Assembly: GCA_024679065.1 (NCBI GenBank)
Contig: JAGIQG010000032.1
Span: 13,702,001 to 13,766,000, forward strand
DNA length: 64,000 bases
Direction of reading: 5' to 3'
From: Sphyrna mokarran
Taxonomy: Eukaryota
Shown: positions 27,020-41,044 of the stretch, one piece after another
Numbering within the stretch: the first letter of the stretch is position 1
Layout: every line of letters begins with the position of its first letter
Notes under the pieces: generated by a model
The model's input: only the letters and a program-made list of their open reading frames with translations
Told to the model about the DNA's origin: nothing
Databases searched by the model: none
Made by a program: the position numbers and the translations under genes

Positions 27020-29358
27020 AGTTGTAGTAATGCCCTTGTTTACTGTATATATAAACCAAACTGGATTAAACTAGTTGCATTTTTGTACCAGATGCCTTGT
27101 TGTACACACTGGGGCTTTTGTTCTGCAAAGGTATCGCAGTCCGGCAATGACAGTGGGATTGCAGATTCCCTCGCTGAACATATTTGGACTGGAGAAGCTT
27201 CCAGCAACCTACTGAAAGAACTTGTGAGTGTCCTTTCAGTGAAAGAAAGGCTTCAAAATGTGGGCTAGAACGAAATATGCTAGACAGGAGTGGACTGACC
27301 TTCGAAGATGATTGCATCAATGAATATTACTGGGTGATTTGGGAAGTACAGCCATGACCAAGAGGCTATTGATGCACATGTGGAACAGATAGAGATATTT
27401 CTCAGTACAAGCAATATTCTTGAAGATCCTAATAATCCAGCTGTGAAGCAGGAAGTAGGACAAGATTTTTGACTGAAGCAGATCCAGAAGTGTACGAAAT
27501 GCTCAAAAGTCAGCTCAGCCAAAAGACAATGCTGTCAAACAATCTTAACCCAAAGCCACTGGAGATTGCAGAAAGCTATCAATTTGGAACAAGATATAAG
27601 CAGTCCAGTGAGGACACTGGAGAAGTTATTGTGGCCTTGAAAAAGAATCTTTGCATCCAAAGTCTCCATGATCCACTCTGGCTGCAGTCCAGATGCAGAG
27701 ATGGATTATGATTACAGGCAGGCACGTACTGACATTTGGAAGATCATTGTGATGCTGATGCAATGTATAGATTATCCATCTCCAGAGGCAGATTCCAAAA
27801 GGAAAGATGCATTTTTCTTTTCGCAAGTAGATGGGTTAGTAGTCACAGCAGATGATGTTGGTAGAACAACGTGCAGGGAAGCCAGATTGGCAAGGTTATG
27901 CGACTATATCACAAACAGATAGCCAAACACAGTGAATGTAGAAATCAGGCCATTATTTATGTGTAAGAATGAATTGTCAGTTGATAAAGGTTGTGTCGTG
28001 TGGGGAACCGGAGTTGGTAGTTGTTAGAAGTGCAGATTGCCAGTGCTATGTGATTTACAATGATCAACATTTCAGGATGAGTTTGACAAATAGACCAACT
28101 TTGGTGGCTAGGATTAGACAGACATAGAAAACAATGGAATAGTAAAGAGTATGTCAGGCAGATAGAGGAGCAGCCACCATCAAGATTGTTGCAACCATGG
28201 AAATGAACAGATAGAGTGTGGCAGATGCTACACACTGGTTTCGCAGAATCTGAAGGGCTACAAGTGTTCACTGGGATAGCTATTCAGAATGGGTTGAAGG
28301 GTTCCTGATGAATCAAACAACTAATAAAACAGTTGCTATTTTGAGTAGTTAGTTTGCTGCTTACGGGTTCTCGAGGAAATTGTGTATGACAATGGGTCTC
28401 AGTTTTATTCAGGGAAGTTTGCATAATTCATAGGACGAACAGGATAAAACACATCAAAGCTCCACCATTTCATTCTGCGTTCAACAGAGCAACCCAGTGC
28501 ACAGTACAACTTGTTAGGTGTGCTCTTGATAAGAAGCTACAAGGTACAATTGTAAAGAAACATCAATTTTTACTGGATCACAGGCTGGAGAATTTTCTGT
28601 TTATTTATCGTAACACACTATTTCAGACAAAACTCCAGCAGAAATATTTCTTAAAAGAGCATTCAGAACAAGATTCTCACTGCTGAAGTCACACATCATG
28701 GTCAGTAGAACAGAAACAATCAAGACAGAAATAGTCTTGGTAGGAATAGGGTAAGAGAAAAGAAGTTTGAAATTGAACTAGAGGGTTAAGATGAAAGGTA
28801 TATTGCTGCCATGACTACCGGGAAGAGTTGTGAAAGTATGTTGGGCTTGCACATATTTGGTTAAGATGTTGGGGTTAGATTTTCATGTATAGCTATGTTT
28901 GCCTTCGGAGATTCACAAGTTAGGAAAAATCAAATGAGCTGATGAATCAGATAGTTGGGATACGAGTAGATTACGAATATTTATTCCAATACAAGTCATG
29001 TCTGAAACCAGTTCAAATCCACATCAGAGCCAGACAGACATGTCTCAAGAAGTGAAAAATTCAATTGAAGGTTAAGGTCAAAATCGTTTTGTGTTGGAGA
29101 GAACTTCTCACACACAGTCAGAAGTCACCCAGTTCTGAAAATTTGTGTCAGAAAGGGAGATATCCTCTTAGGAACAGGAAACCAGTGGTTAGTTTGATAT
29201 GTAGATAAATGAAAAACCAGAAATGTATACAAGTTGTGTAAGGGAACAAGAGCATTGTGCCCTTTCTGAGCCATTTACGTATATAACCCAAGCTGGATTA
29301 AACTAATTTCACATCTGTACCAGACTCCACGCATGATTTTATTCAACAAAGATAACAC
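27020..29358 (+). mobile_element. Internally deleted Gypsy/Ty3 LTR retrotransposon with two diverged short LTRs
   Basis: Direct repeat 'tatataa.ccaa.ctggattaaacta...tgtaccaga' at about 27046-27092 and 29279-29323. Gag-like frames at about 27320-27640. Integrase-like remnants (LLQPW; IVYDNGSQF; IKHIKAPPFH) at about 28150-28500. Confidence 0.8.
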
Positions 29359-30857
29359 AAGAGTATGCTTCCCTTATTCTGTGCTAACAATGTATCCTAA
29401 GAGAGAAAGCATTCTCTGCTGCACTAGCAGGGCAAGTTCACATTGGAAAATAGGAATTAGGAGCAGAAATAGGCAAACTCAGCCCTTTGAGACTGCTCAC
29501 CATTCAATCTGATCATGACTTATTTTTCCCTGGTCTCAATTCCACCTCCCCACCTGTTCCCCATATCCTATTTTTCAAAGATGGCTCACTCAGCAGCCTA
29601 TATGGCAGTTCTGAATGTGACCGTCAGTATTTTAGTAATTTTGCCCAAACTCCGGGCAGTATTGTATTTTGGAGCCATGTCCGTTAACTAGCAGTGGACT
29701 CAAGCTGGTCTGAAACCTCTTGTACCTGTCAGAGGGACAAGATTTTTATTTCACTAGCCTGGACAGAATTCTAATATAACTCTCAGCCCACAGAAAGAGG
29801 GTAAATAAAATGCAATGAAACAAAATCCATTGATGCAGAATTCAAGTTTAATCAATATTATCATTGCCAGTTGATGGCTGCCATGACATCCAACTTTATA
29901 GAGTTTGTCTTTTCCCAGAATTGGCTGCAAACGTAACAGTGAGTTTAGTGAGAAAACGATTGTTAATGAGCGAATAACCCTACACTTTGAGGCAGGATAG
30001 AAGTATATTGAGAGTTGTGAATCATCAAGTTACTGGACAATTTGAGTGGTGCAATTTTGCAAAAATAAACCTCTCTGGGAATTTCAAGAAATTGTGGCAT
30101 TTGCCCAGCAGACATGAATTAAATACCCTGGAGGATGTTGGGGCTGATACTTGCAACGTACGGGCTTTTTTAAGGACAAAATTTGCATTTTTGCAATTCT
30201 GTACAACCTCTCCAGTCCAGAAAGGCTGCATTTGAAACTGTGGAGTCTCAATTCCGTGGGTAGTAAATTGTTATCAGAGATTTTGAAAATGTATTTGCTT
30301 TTCTTGTTTACTTCTTTTTTTCAAACCTAATTTCAAACTGAAAGGTGAGAAAAATAAATCTAAGAGGACATGCTGCTCCTGTAAACTCTGTACCATTGCC
30401 TATCATTACAACCACAGGCTGTATCTGTGTAACCCAGACGGTTGATAGATGGTTGAAACACAAGGCAGCCTTAATTACACCCAGATACGATGAACAGTGA
30501 TGGCTGCAGTCATCTTCAAGGCTTTCACTCCAGGTAGCAGACATCAACGGGCAGCGGCTGTAAAATCGATCCTGCTGTTTGCAGTTGTACATGATGCTGG
30601 GTTCCGTTTCACTGCATCTTACATGCCGGCTAGGTTTTCTTACACTAAACGAGATGCAACTTTCTAAACAAGGCAAGAAAAATCTCAAGCACATCCATCC
30701 ACAGTGGCTTTGAAAATCTGCAGTTGATAGATCAGAAACTGTGGACGGGGGGGAGCCTTTTCTGAGTTAAAGCAAACTTTACTGCCCTGGTTATAATATT
30801 AAAAAATCATATTATAGCACAAAAGGCAGTAGAGTCAGAAAAAGGATACAGGATTAC

Positions 30858-30963
30858 CTTGACTCTGGCTAGATCATGAGGGTTCAGGACGGAACCTTGG
30901 AAGAATTCCACCTGAGTGAAATGTCTTTTAAAAAGGGCTTCGAGCTCAAGGTTAGGGGAAATA
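30858..30963 (-). CDS. KCNMA1: RCK1 exon (about exon 11)
   Basis: 106 nt, acceptor ttatctccccag and donor gtaatc. Translates (N)[35 protein letters not shown]. Confidence 0.97.
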
Positions 30964-32658
30964 CTGGGGAGATAAAAAAAAACAAATCGAAACAGTTAGT
31001 CAAAAAAATACATGCAATGTTTAGGCAAGATAAATACAAACAGTGACAATCAAGCCTCAAATATATATATTTTATAAGTGCAATATTTTAATACAAAGCA
31101 ATTCTAGATGAATATCAACACTGAATGGCAACGTAACCTGGGGTCACTCTGCTGATCTAAGCCCTAGCACTCTGACACTGAGAGGTCAGAGTCTCATTCT
31201 ACTTCTAGGGATGAGATAAGGTTTTAGACATTTCTTAAAATCTACCTCCTTGATCAAGCTTTTATCTACCTGTCACAGTATCCCTTTAAGTGGCTTGGTG
31301 TCAAATTTTGTCCATGAAATGCCTCGGGATATTTTACAATTGTTAAGGTGCTATAAAAATGCAAGTTTCTTGGGCCCAGGGCAGGGTAACATTTGGTTTA
31401 ATGTATGGTCCCAGATACAAAGTTTAGGAGTGAGGTCACTCTTGCCCACATTCAAAAATTAAATGGTTTTGTCACATGCAACTCACAGCTAGCACTGTAA
31501 CTTGGGTCTGCCAGCTTCACCTCGCACAGCATAGGTGATGGTTTAATGAAGCTTTAATATAAGTCACGCAGCTGGAGACTTTATAGAACAAAGCTTGTTA
31601 TCTGAATAGGCCCTGACAGGAGCATACACTCAAACAACATAGGTAGAGCTCACAGCTCATTATGCCTTTACTGTCTTTCTGAATGAGCTAATCCCAATTC
31701 CTTGTGTTTCCCCATAGCCCTGCAATGTTTATCTTTTTAAATATGCATCCACCTCTCTTTTGAAAGATACAACTGTGTCTCTTTTCACCACCCTCTCAAA
31801 CAGAGAGCATCTCCAATCGTAACTAGTCACTGCATAACGAAACAAGTTCTTATTTTCCCTGCTTTTTTTATTGCCAATTATCTTTAAAAGTTCCCTAATC
31901 ACTGACATTGCTGCCATTATTCCCTATCTAATTATTCCAAAACCTCTCAATCATATCAACTCAGGTTGTGCTGACCCATTAGGATACCTCATTCCTAACT
32001 CAAGGTTTTACTGCCTTCCCACAAGAAATGGTTTTCTGCTTCTGTGCTCTCAATGATAAAAAGAATACAGGGAGTTCTGGTCGGACAGCAGGTTGCAACA
32101 CTCCAGCCCACATTGCCAAGGGAGGATGCATCCTTTATAGGACCTCACGGGATTTTACAAAGCAAGAAATCATGACAAACAAAAATCAGCTTCTCTAGAA
32201 CATGTTTATTCAAGATGGACCAATTTTATTTTCCCTCCCTCTGGTGCTTTGGTCTGTACATACTGCACTCAACAATTTACAAAAGAAACATCACACTCAA
32301 TCCACTTGACACATTCCTTCAGCTCCTTAAAATGTTCATGAGAGATTCTACTTGCCAACTAAAACCGATTGCTGGGGATTATGTATCAAGAGCCTTGAGA
32401 TGAAGATAATTAGCATTTTTCTGCAGCCTACAGTCTAAATGCTGCACAAGGCTGTTTAGGAATGGACGAAAGAGGTGCCACCAAACCGTAGGATAAAGAT
32501 TTGCATGTCAGGGTCCCCCTGTTAGCAATTTCTGACGATATGTTATCTGCCCTAGCTGGGCTGGGGTTAGTCCCCTCCCCAGATCAGTCCTGGGCTGCTT
32601 CTTCATTGCATCCTGCCTGTTGCAAGGTTGCTGAATCTTTAGCTGGACAATGGCACAG

Positions 32659-32728
32659 GTAATTAGAAATTACAATATCATCCCTCTGGGGATGAAAGAA
32701 AAACAGGGATATTGTAATTTCTAATTAC
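32659..32728. repeat. Perfect 21-bp inverted repeat (hairpin)
   Basis: gtaattagaaattacaatatc (32659-32679) / gatattgtaatttctaattac (32708-32728). Confidence 0.9.
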
Positions 32729-33799
32729 TCTGACCATTTTCAAATTCAGTTCCAAAGACAATTGAATGAATGCTATCTGGTGATTCCATGACAAAATGCA
32801 GAGACATATAAGTTTATTTAATAATGTTGAAAAGAACTGTAATTAATTAGGCTCTGAGAGGACAAGTCCATGCTATGAAATTAACTGTTTTAAACATGTT
32901 CTCTTTTCATGAGTTTGAGGTAATAGGGCTTGTATTGTGCCAGAAGTCGAGATCTGCTAGAACCTGCTAGGATTCAGCATCCTCTTCCTGTGGGAAAGTT
33001 GAGTAATCAGATTTATTCATGGGTTTGCTATCCCCCTTCCCCACCCCCCACGTCCCTCTGCAACTTCTCACAGAAAAGCATTGGTTGATGGATGACTCCA
33101 TTGGTGCCTTGCACCCAGAGGTATTGCAAATCCAAATAGTTATTGTTAACATGCTAACTCAGACAGGAATTTAGGTGCATCACAGCTGAATCAGATTCGG
33201 TCCCTAGTCAACAGTCACACGTATAAATGTTCCAACATTACATCGTGGGTGCCTGAGTCAAGCTGCCTTCTACCTAATCTAAACTGGACTTCGTTGGGGT
33301 CTGGGGTCCTGATTACTGGCCGATGGCATGGCTGGTCCATTCAAGCAGGATGCACTGTGGTGGGGGTTTGGGGAAAGAGGGAGGATAGTGAGCGCTTTGA
33401 CCTGAGACATTTTCTGCTTTTCATCGCTCACTTACTCACTGCCTAGTCTTGCGTAGCCTTTGATGGAGCTCCTGGGATCATTTTATATTATTACGATCCA
33501 CATCCACAGTTTAGGAAAATCAGCAGCTACAGATGCTGCTGGGATGAAGTAAGTGAATTGCTCCGCTCCCCTGCCGATGTGTTAATCCAGAGAACAGAAG
33601 ACTGAAACCACAGGCAATGAATCAAATCATCACTGCTATCAATAATATAGCTCACAGTGGTCCAGCCAAAGCTCAGTCATGCTAATCTATTTAGCATCAT
33701 TTCTAAAATGAGATGAAACAGCGATGTCATTTGAAAAGATGTTTTATTCCAGCACACAAACAATGCTATAACATTCTCTGTGTCCTTTTCAACCATTAC

Positions 33800-34110
33800 A
33801 ACAACCTGTGCTTTTACAATATTACAAGATCCCCAGGTATTCCATGGGAGAAAATATCAAACACAGCCACTTAAGGGGATATTAAGATAGGGGGCTAAAG
33901 CTTGGTTGTAGACAGAGGTTTAGAATTGTATCCCAAGGAAGGGCAGGAGGTGAGATGGAAAGGTCTGGGGAGTGAGTTCCAGATCAGAGGGCCCAGGCAA
34001 CGGAAGGCATGGGTGCTGATGGCAGAGAAAAGAACTTTGAGGCAGAATTGGAGATGTACAGAGAATTCAAAATGCTGTTGCGACTGGGGTTGGTTACCGA
34101 GATAGAAAAC
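33800..34110 (-). mobile_element. L2-clade LINE 3' fragment (tentative)
   Basis: 'gagttccagatcagagggcccaggcaacggaaggca' resembles the antisense 3' end of fish L2 ORF2. Confidence 0.5.
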
Positions 34111-35367
34111 AAAGCTGCTGGGAGTTTTAGTATTTAGAGTGTCACATTTATAATCACATAATGGAACCCTTTGATCTAGTGTTTAGAAAGACTTCACATT
34201 AATGATGGCTTGGTAATGAAGTCTCAGTGTCTGATTTATTTGGGCTATGAGGGTCTCTAGTTTGATAACAAGTCAGCTGATCTCTCATTCACATTGCCAT
34301 AGTGCTACAAATCCCCACACCACCCTGGATCTCGGAGTGGAATTTTAGGCTGGAATTTTCCAACCATTCCCGTCAGTAGAATCTTCCAATCCGACCAACA
34401 GTGAATCCCTGCTGTAGGTTTCCTGGTGCTGCATAGAATAAGAGACCCCACAAACAGCACCAAAACCCGAAGATCTCACTGTCGGCCAATGGTAGGCACA
34501 AGACATACCACGGGGAGATGGGGAGGGTGGATCCCACCCATTGACTGATCACTGTTTACTGTTCCTGTAAGAGCTCTTGTCTGACACACTGACTGTCCTT
34601 TCTCATTTCAGCTGTTGTTTGCTGCCAGCATTTTTACTTTTCATCATTAGATTGTTCCATGACATACTGAGGACACCAAGTTGGGAAATAGATAAATGAC
34701 ATTTCGGTGGATGACAAGCTCTTAAAACCTTACAGATTTTTTAGGGTGACAATCTTTACAAAACAGTACAATAGTGGTGGAAAATCAGAGCTTCATTAGT
34801 GTTTTCTTTGTCTTTCCAATTTTCTCAACACCTTACACTGGGTGGAAGCCAGGGTGGGGATGAAGTAGAGACAAGGAGGTATCCTGACTAAGTGTGAGCC
34901 AGGACAACTAGTCAAGGGCATGTGGTGTCTTTAAACCCATCCCTGCTCTCCCACAATTACACTTTCCAGGCATAGTCACTAATCAAGCGGACTTGTCCAG
35001 GGATGGTGCGTTGATCACTACCACCAGCCAGGGACAGCTACCCCTGCCACCTTTATTCTGCAATGTTCATACTCATGAAACCACCAAACCATTCTGAACT
35101 AGCGTTCCAGCAACTGCACTTTTCAGACACCGGGCTTTTTAAGAAGAATGCAAAGACACGTAAACATGGAATAGGGCCGCAGTCGACACTTGCATCTATA
35201 TCCCTCTCTTTCTACCTTATCTCACACGAGACTAACTAAACAGGTTCACAAAAGTATGGGTTTTGCTTTTTCAGCATCTAGCTTTGATTGAAACATGAAA
35301 CATTTTAGTCAATCACACTACAGTTTGGCACATCACAGTTCCAAAGTAAATCAAAGCTTTTACTTAC

Positions 35368-35478
35368 TTGTGCAGAAAGACTATTTCTACGTTCACATCA
35401 TCCCTGTCCTTGTGCAAGAAGTCCTTTAGAAAATTGGAGACACTCTCTAGTGTGATGTGTCCACACACTACTATATGC
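35368..35478 (-). CDS. KCNMA1: RCK1 start exon (about exon 10)
   Basis: 111 nt, phase 2/2, acceptor ttttaacag and donor gtaagt. Translates (K)[36 protein letters not shown](N). Confidence 0.98.
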
Positions 35479-36044
35479 CTGTTAAAAGTGAGAGCAGACC
35501 AGGTTAACAATCAGTGCCAGAGCTAAGATCAAAAGATTCTTACATTAATGCAGTCTTAATGTTTCCCCAGAGAGACAAAATGGTGGTGTTGTGACAGGAG
35601 AAGATGATTTCTGTTTGTGAAAAAGCAGAGAATGCTCATGAACTTTTGGAATTCTGTGTTCATCATACAGGGGAATGCCAAATTCATCCTACAAGTTAAA
35701 CTCCAGCAAGATTTCTAAATGGGCCTGAAAAGCCTCTCCCCTCTACCTTAGTGTGCTCCTACAGTACAATACAAGTTTTTACTTTGCTCTTGATCAAACC
35801 CACAAGGTACTGGGCCACGACTTGTCAAATGCGTAATTAGTCAAAACCAATCTGAACAATTGGCAATTTTGAGGTTACATAAGGCATTGTGGCAAAATCC
35901 TGTTCTGTTCTCTCACTGACTTCAACTGAAAAAGCTTTTTCTCTGCCACTTTCACAGGAGCACATAATCACTCTCGATTTTACCCTATTTTGAAAGTTTA
36001 GAGATTTTGAAACATTTTATCTGAAAACACCAATGGTGTTTGAA

Positions 36045-36332
36045 GTTAAATTGATTAGTCACAAGTAGGCTTACACCAAAACTGCAATGAAGTTACTGTG
36101 AAAATCCGAGTCATCACACTCTGGCGCCTGTTCGGGTACACTGAGGGAGAATTTAGCATGGCCAATGCATCTAATCAGCACATCTTTGGACTATGGGAGG
36201 AAACCGGAGGAAACCCATGCAAACATGGGGAGAAGGTGCAGGCTCTGTACAGACAATGATCCAAGGCAGGAATTGAACCGGGTCCTTGACAGTGTGAGAC
36301 AGCAGTACTAACCATTGTGCCACCATACCACC
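36045..36332 (-). mobile_element. HE1/V-SINE (same tail subtype as 892-1192)
   Basis: Antisense head, V-domain and tail 'gcaatgaagttactgtgaaaatcc'. Confidence 0.88.
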
Positions 36333-39300
36333 CAGATGAAAAAAAAAGGAGGAACTGCAGCAGCCTCACATAGCTCCCAGCTAAGAGGTTACCCAAAGAC
36401 CAAAGCTGCAGGGCATTTCTTCAATATTTGGTATCACTGTACACCAAACAAGAGCGTAAAAATGTTCAAACTCCTGATGAGTTTATAGCTTCTTTCCCTA
36501 CTGCCTTAAAGGATCACATTAGAAATTATGAGAAAGTATTTGAAATGTGATAAGAATAGAATATCTCAGTAATCAGATTAATCTTAGTGTATTATGGTTT
36601 GAATGTAGTGTAAAGTTTCCTATCATGTGTTGAGACTGATGAGGGGAAATCAATTGTCAAGTCAGATAAAAGTCCAACAGGATATTGACGAGTTATTGAG
36701 GTGACATGGTAGATTTAGTGCCAGACAGGCAGAGATATAGATGGATGTGAGGCAATTAGACAGCTCCCAATGCACACTATTTCAAAACAGAGTTGAGAAA
36801 GTGACTTATCTAGCAAAAGATGTTGTCTAGGGTTGATAACCATTTAAGTTGACACACTAAGAGAACTAAAATCAGGTCTGATGAATCCTTTAAAATATCT
36901 AATAACTCCAACAAAAACCTTCACAAAACATGGACACAACCAACGCACGTTTTTGCGCACTCCACAAACCAACCTCAATAAATGCTTTTAAAAACACCAA
37001 ACTAATAAACCCTTCATACGCCAACCCCAATAAACACCTCCCATATCACATCCACAAATTAATAAAATTTCATTTACCAACCCCAGTGAACCCCTTGACA
37101 GAGTCCACATACCAACCCCAGTGTACACTTTCACAAACCTCGTATACCAACTCATAAAAACCTCCTCAAAGAAGTTGTAACTCTCCAGATTTACACGTTT
37201 ACATAAAGCTCTGGAGGATTGTTGGTCCTTGTGTGTCTACCCTCAACAGAGGAAGAAAATAAAATTGGGGTCAAGCACAAATTTGATTTATTATCACCTA
37301 GAAAAATTGTGAAATGTCAATAATGTCTGTTGACTGTAAATGCTGTGTAACTGCTGCAAATTTTAAGCTAAGAGGTAAGCAAACAGCACATAGTCATCTG
37401 GGAATCCTCAATTCCACAGTATTTGAATCCATGGTGGTGGCAAGGTGAGAAGGACAAAGAGGGAGGAGAGAGAGAGAGGAGGAATGTAGGGGTGCAGGAA
37501 GGCTGTAGTTTTGGATGGGGAGGAGTGGGATGGGTGGAGTCATTATTTTCAGTTGTGGGTTGCATAATACAATTTTCCACTAAAATAATACAAATAGACT
37601 AAACAAAATGTAGAAAAACATTGACAAGTGCTAACTGCGTTAATTGTCATTGGTAATGGTGCTGCACTTCAGGGATATTTCTAAGTTGCAAAGTAAACTA
37701 TCATGGGATTTTAGAACAAAGATGCAATAGACTACGACAGATGGAGAAAATATGTGAGGTGACGGGTTCCCATTTTTATCACGACAACCCGATCAATTAA
37801 TTTGTATGCTGAGTATCAGTGGGAGGTGCTGCAATGTTCTGAGTTTTACCTGGCACAGGTTGGGTCACTGAATGTTCTGACTGTGAGCCATTAGCTCCAT
37901 GGTATAACATACAGAGAGCACGTCAAGCAGAAGATGCACAAGTGCACAGCAGGTGATTTATCATCTGAAAGGGAAAGGCAGGCGAATGGTATAGATGTGT
38001 TCCTTTCACTTTCAGATGCTGAATGACAACTGTATATTGATTTTATTTTGGATCTCCACTAAGTGTAGGGTTTTTCCTTCTCATCTCATCTTCTAATATA
38101 CTTTATTAAAGTGCATTCACCATTGCTTGTACAGTACAACAGTAATTATACTTCAAGAATTACTTCCTTGGTTGTAAAGTGCTTTGGAAAGCCTGGAAAT
38201 TCTGAAAGGTGCTGTATGAATGCAATGTCTTTCTCTCTTATGCTGCCTGTTGGAATATATTTAGCTTTGGCTTTTAGTGCTAAATTTTACAGATGTTGAC
38301 AAGGAAACTGGTATGCAGAGTATAATTACTCATGAAAGCAGCCATCATTTTGCTCTTTCTAAAACACTGGTTAAACCCACTAGTGAAGGACAGATGCTTC
38401 TTCCAGACTGCTCTTGGCGAGTTTGAAGAACATTATGTGATTAGGATCTCATGGGAGCATTTCAATTTAAAATAAGATTCTGAGCTTGAAAGTGAAGTGG
38501 AAAGGACAATATGAAGAGATGCAGATGTTCTTGGAGGAGGTAAAACAATGAAGTGAAACAAAAGAGATCATTTCTCCAAAGTGTCTTTTGTAATTATATA
38601 AGAGAGCGTGTGTGTGCATAAGTGCAGAATGTATGTCATTTGTGTGTGTATACATTTGTATGTTTGTTATGTTTAATTTGTCTCATTTATAGTCACAGAG
38701 CTACTACAAGTAGGAGTTCTTTTAAAGACTTGGCTGTGGCAATCTGCCCATCTGTTTTGGACGGCAGATTTCACAGCACCAGCAGCAAAAGACAAACAGC
38801 TGTGGTTTGCATGTCCACATTGGTTTGCAGATTGCAATTGTATTTCTGACTTTCATTTTCCAGTAAAGTCCTGAAACCTGGAAAACATATTCAGTAAAAT
38901 GGCGGCTGACAGAACAGCTGTTTTCAGTTCTACTTTGCTACAGCAGTATCTGAATATGGGGGAAATCAATCACCATCTTCATATGGCTCTTACAGAGGCA
39001 GCAGTGTTGACCAGTTTACCTCTTACACTGAGTGTTATAAAGTAAATGTAGCATTGGAGCACATTTAACTAGATAATGTGCTTGAATGGAGTTTTGCCAA
39101 CAGTATGAACAATACTGCAAAGTGGAGGAGAAGGTGATAGTATTTTTCCTGTGTTAGTTATTTTAATTTAAACTGTGAGTACTGCTCATACCTCTCTGCA
39201 CTCATTAAGTGAAGTTACTGGATCATACGAGGAAATTGATCTAACATAAGACAACACATCAACTGATGTGGCTTTATGGGTTATGCCATCATAACTTACT

Positions 39301-41044
39301 CAGGATTGGGCAGAGTAATTCAGAAGGAGTCAAGAGCACTGACTGATTAAATAAAAATATTCATGAATACAGCTCAGTTAGCTAAGCCACATGGACCAGA
39401 AGAGGTTAGTTCAATTCCACTGAGTGATTAGTTATAGCAGATCGAGGAGGAACAGAAACACTACCAATAATGGAGGGATACTCAACATCACGAATCACTC
39501 AAGTATCCGTTTCATTTTTATCATCATCGGTGTTGTGGTTGGGGCAATAAATTGAGCACAAAAATCCCAGGTTGGGGATGTGAGTATCAGGCCTGCTTTG
39601 TGCTCCTGATCACAATTAATTCAGGTAGGGACTGTCTTGGCAGTGATGCCTCCCTACATCAGATCAACTGTTGGCATTCACTGTATGAGCTTAGCCATGA
39701 GGAATAGTCATTTTAGCAAGGTAATGGCAGATTCCTGTAGCATTCCAGCAACAGTTAAAGAAGAGGATGAAACTGGTGAAAATATTTTTCTGAACTGTTT
39801 TGATGATCCAGAACTGAAACTTTCAGATGGGCGTACCCCAGAGGTAATCCCTTAACTGCATTACAGGATGCTTTGGAAGTCTCATAACATCAATTATTTA
39901 GTAATTACGCAGGAAGTATGGACTTCAAATGGGTAATTCCCTGCTAGTGGAACCCTCTGAAATAATCTCTGACTTTTGAGTTAGAGTGGGCGATTTTTGG
40001 ATGTTTCTGACTTACTTACCTGAATAGTAACCCAGGAAAAGTCAGCAGGATTAAAACTGATTCTTACTCTTGGGCAACTATATTACTTCTAAACAACTCC
40101 ATCCACCTCCCCCACCCCCCCTACCCCCAGGGCACACCCACTAATGCCTCACTGGAACTCCAACTGTTCTTCTACTCTCTAACTCATGCCTGATCCCCCG
40201 ATTATCAAACTATCATCTCCAACCTCCAACTAGCTTCCAATTCAATTACATACCTCCCACCCAATTCCCCAACATGACTCCGTCTCATCTTCCACCCGAC
40301 TGCCCTGCCCCAATCCCCCCCCAACATGCTAACTCTTCAGCCACCTAACACCGTACCTCTTTACCCACTAACCTGTCACCCGACCCTCCTCACCCACCCA
40401 CCGACCCTTTATATCCTCACCCACTCACCTGTTTCCCCACCGCCTCTCACACTCATTGTAACGTACCACTTACTTACTTACCTTACACACCTACCTTCTC
40501 TCTGTAGCTTCTGCAACTGGCTCTGGGACGATTAAACTTGCTGTATACCGGATTGGCAGCTCCTGCTGTAGTGTAGGAATGCTACATTGAGTAAGTTTGG
40601 AAGGATCCTCCATTGGAAGATGGTTCCAAAAAAATTGTCGGAGGCAAGTAGGTAACCTTGTGTCTGATCTGGGTCGTAAAACAGGAGTTCTGACCCAGAT
40701 TGGAAGTTCTGGGTCACTGAGGTTTGCAGTGCATCTGATTTTGGCCACTCTTCAGTTTCCAACTTCTGACAATGTCAACATCTTGCTGAGATATTGTTTG
40801 GTGTGCACCATGTCCTGTGATACCTCATGTTAATAACCATTGTTCATCATCAAGCTCAGTATTGGTGTGATATTTTACCAAGAGGCATCATAATAACTGA
40901 TCTTAATCCAAAAGCAACATTCAACAGGCACTTTCCCTCCGGGAAACATTAGGTAGCAAACAAGAGCAAGATCTTTGGTTGATGTTCTCCTCTCTACCTG
41001 CGATCAGTCACAGTTTTCTAACTACATGAGAGCTAGGTCATCAA

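Noticed and set aside
40100-40500. C-rich tract with a Pro/Thr/His/Leu-rich ORF (similar C/A-rich tract at 36930-37160)
   Set aside because: Low-complexity sequence, probably inside a decayed repeat, with no splice or homology support.
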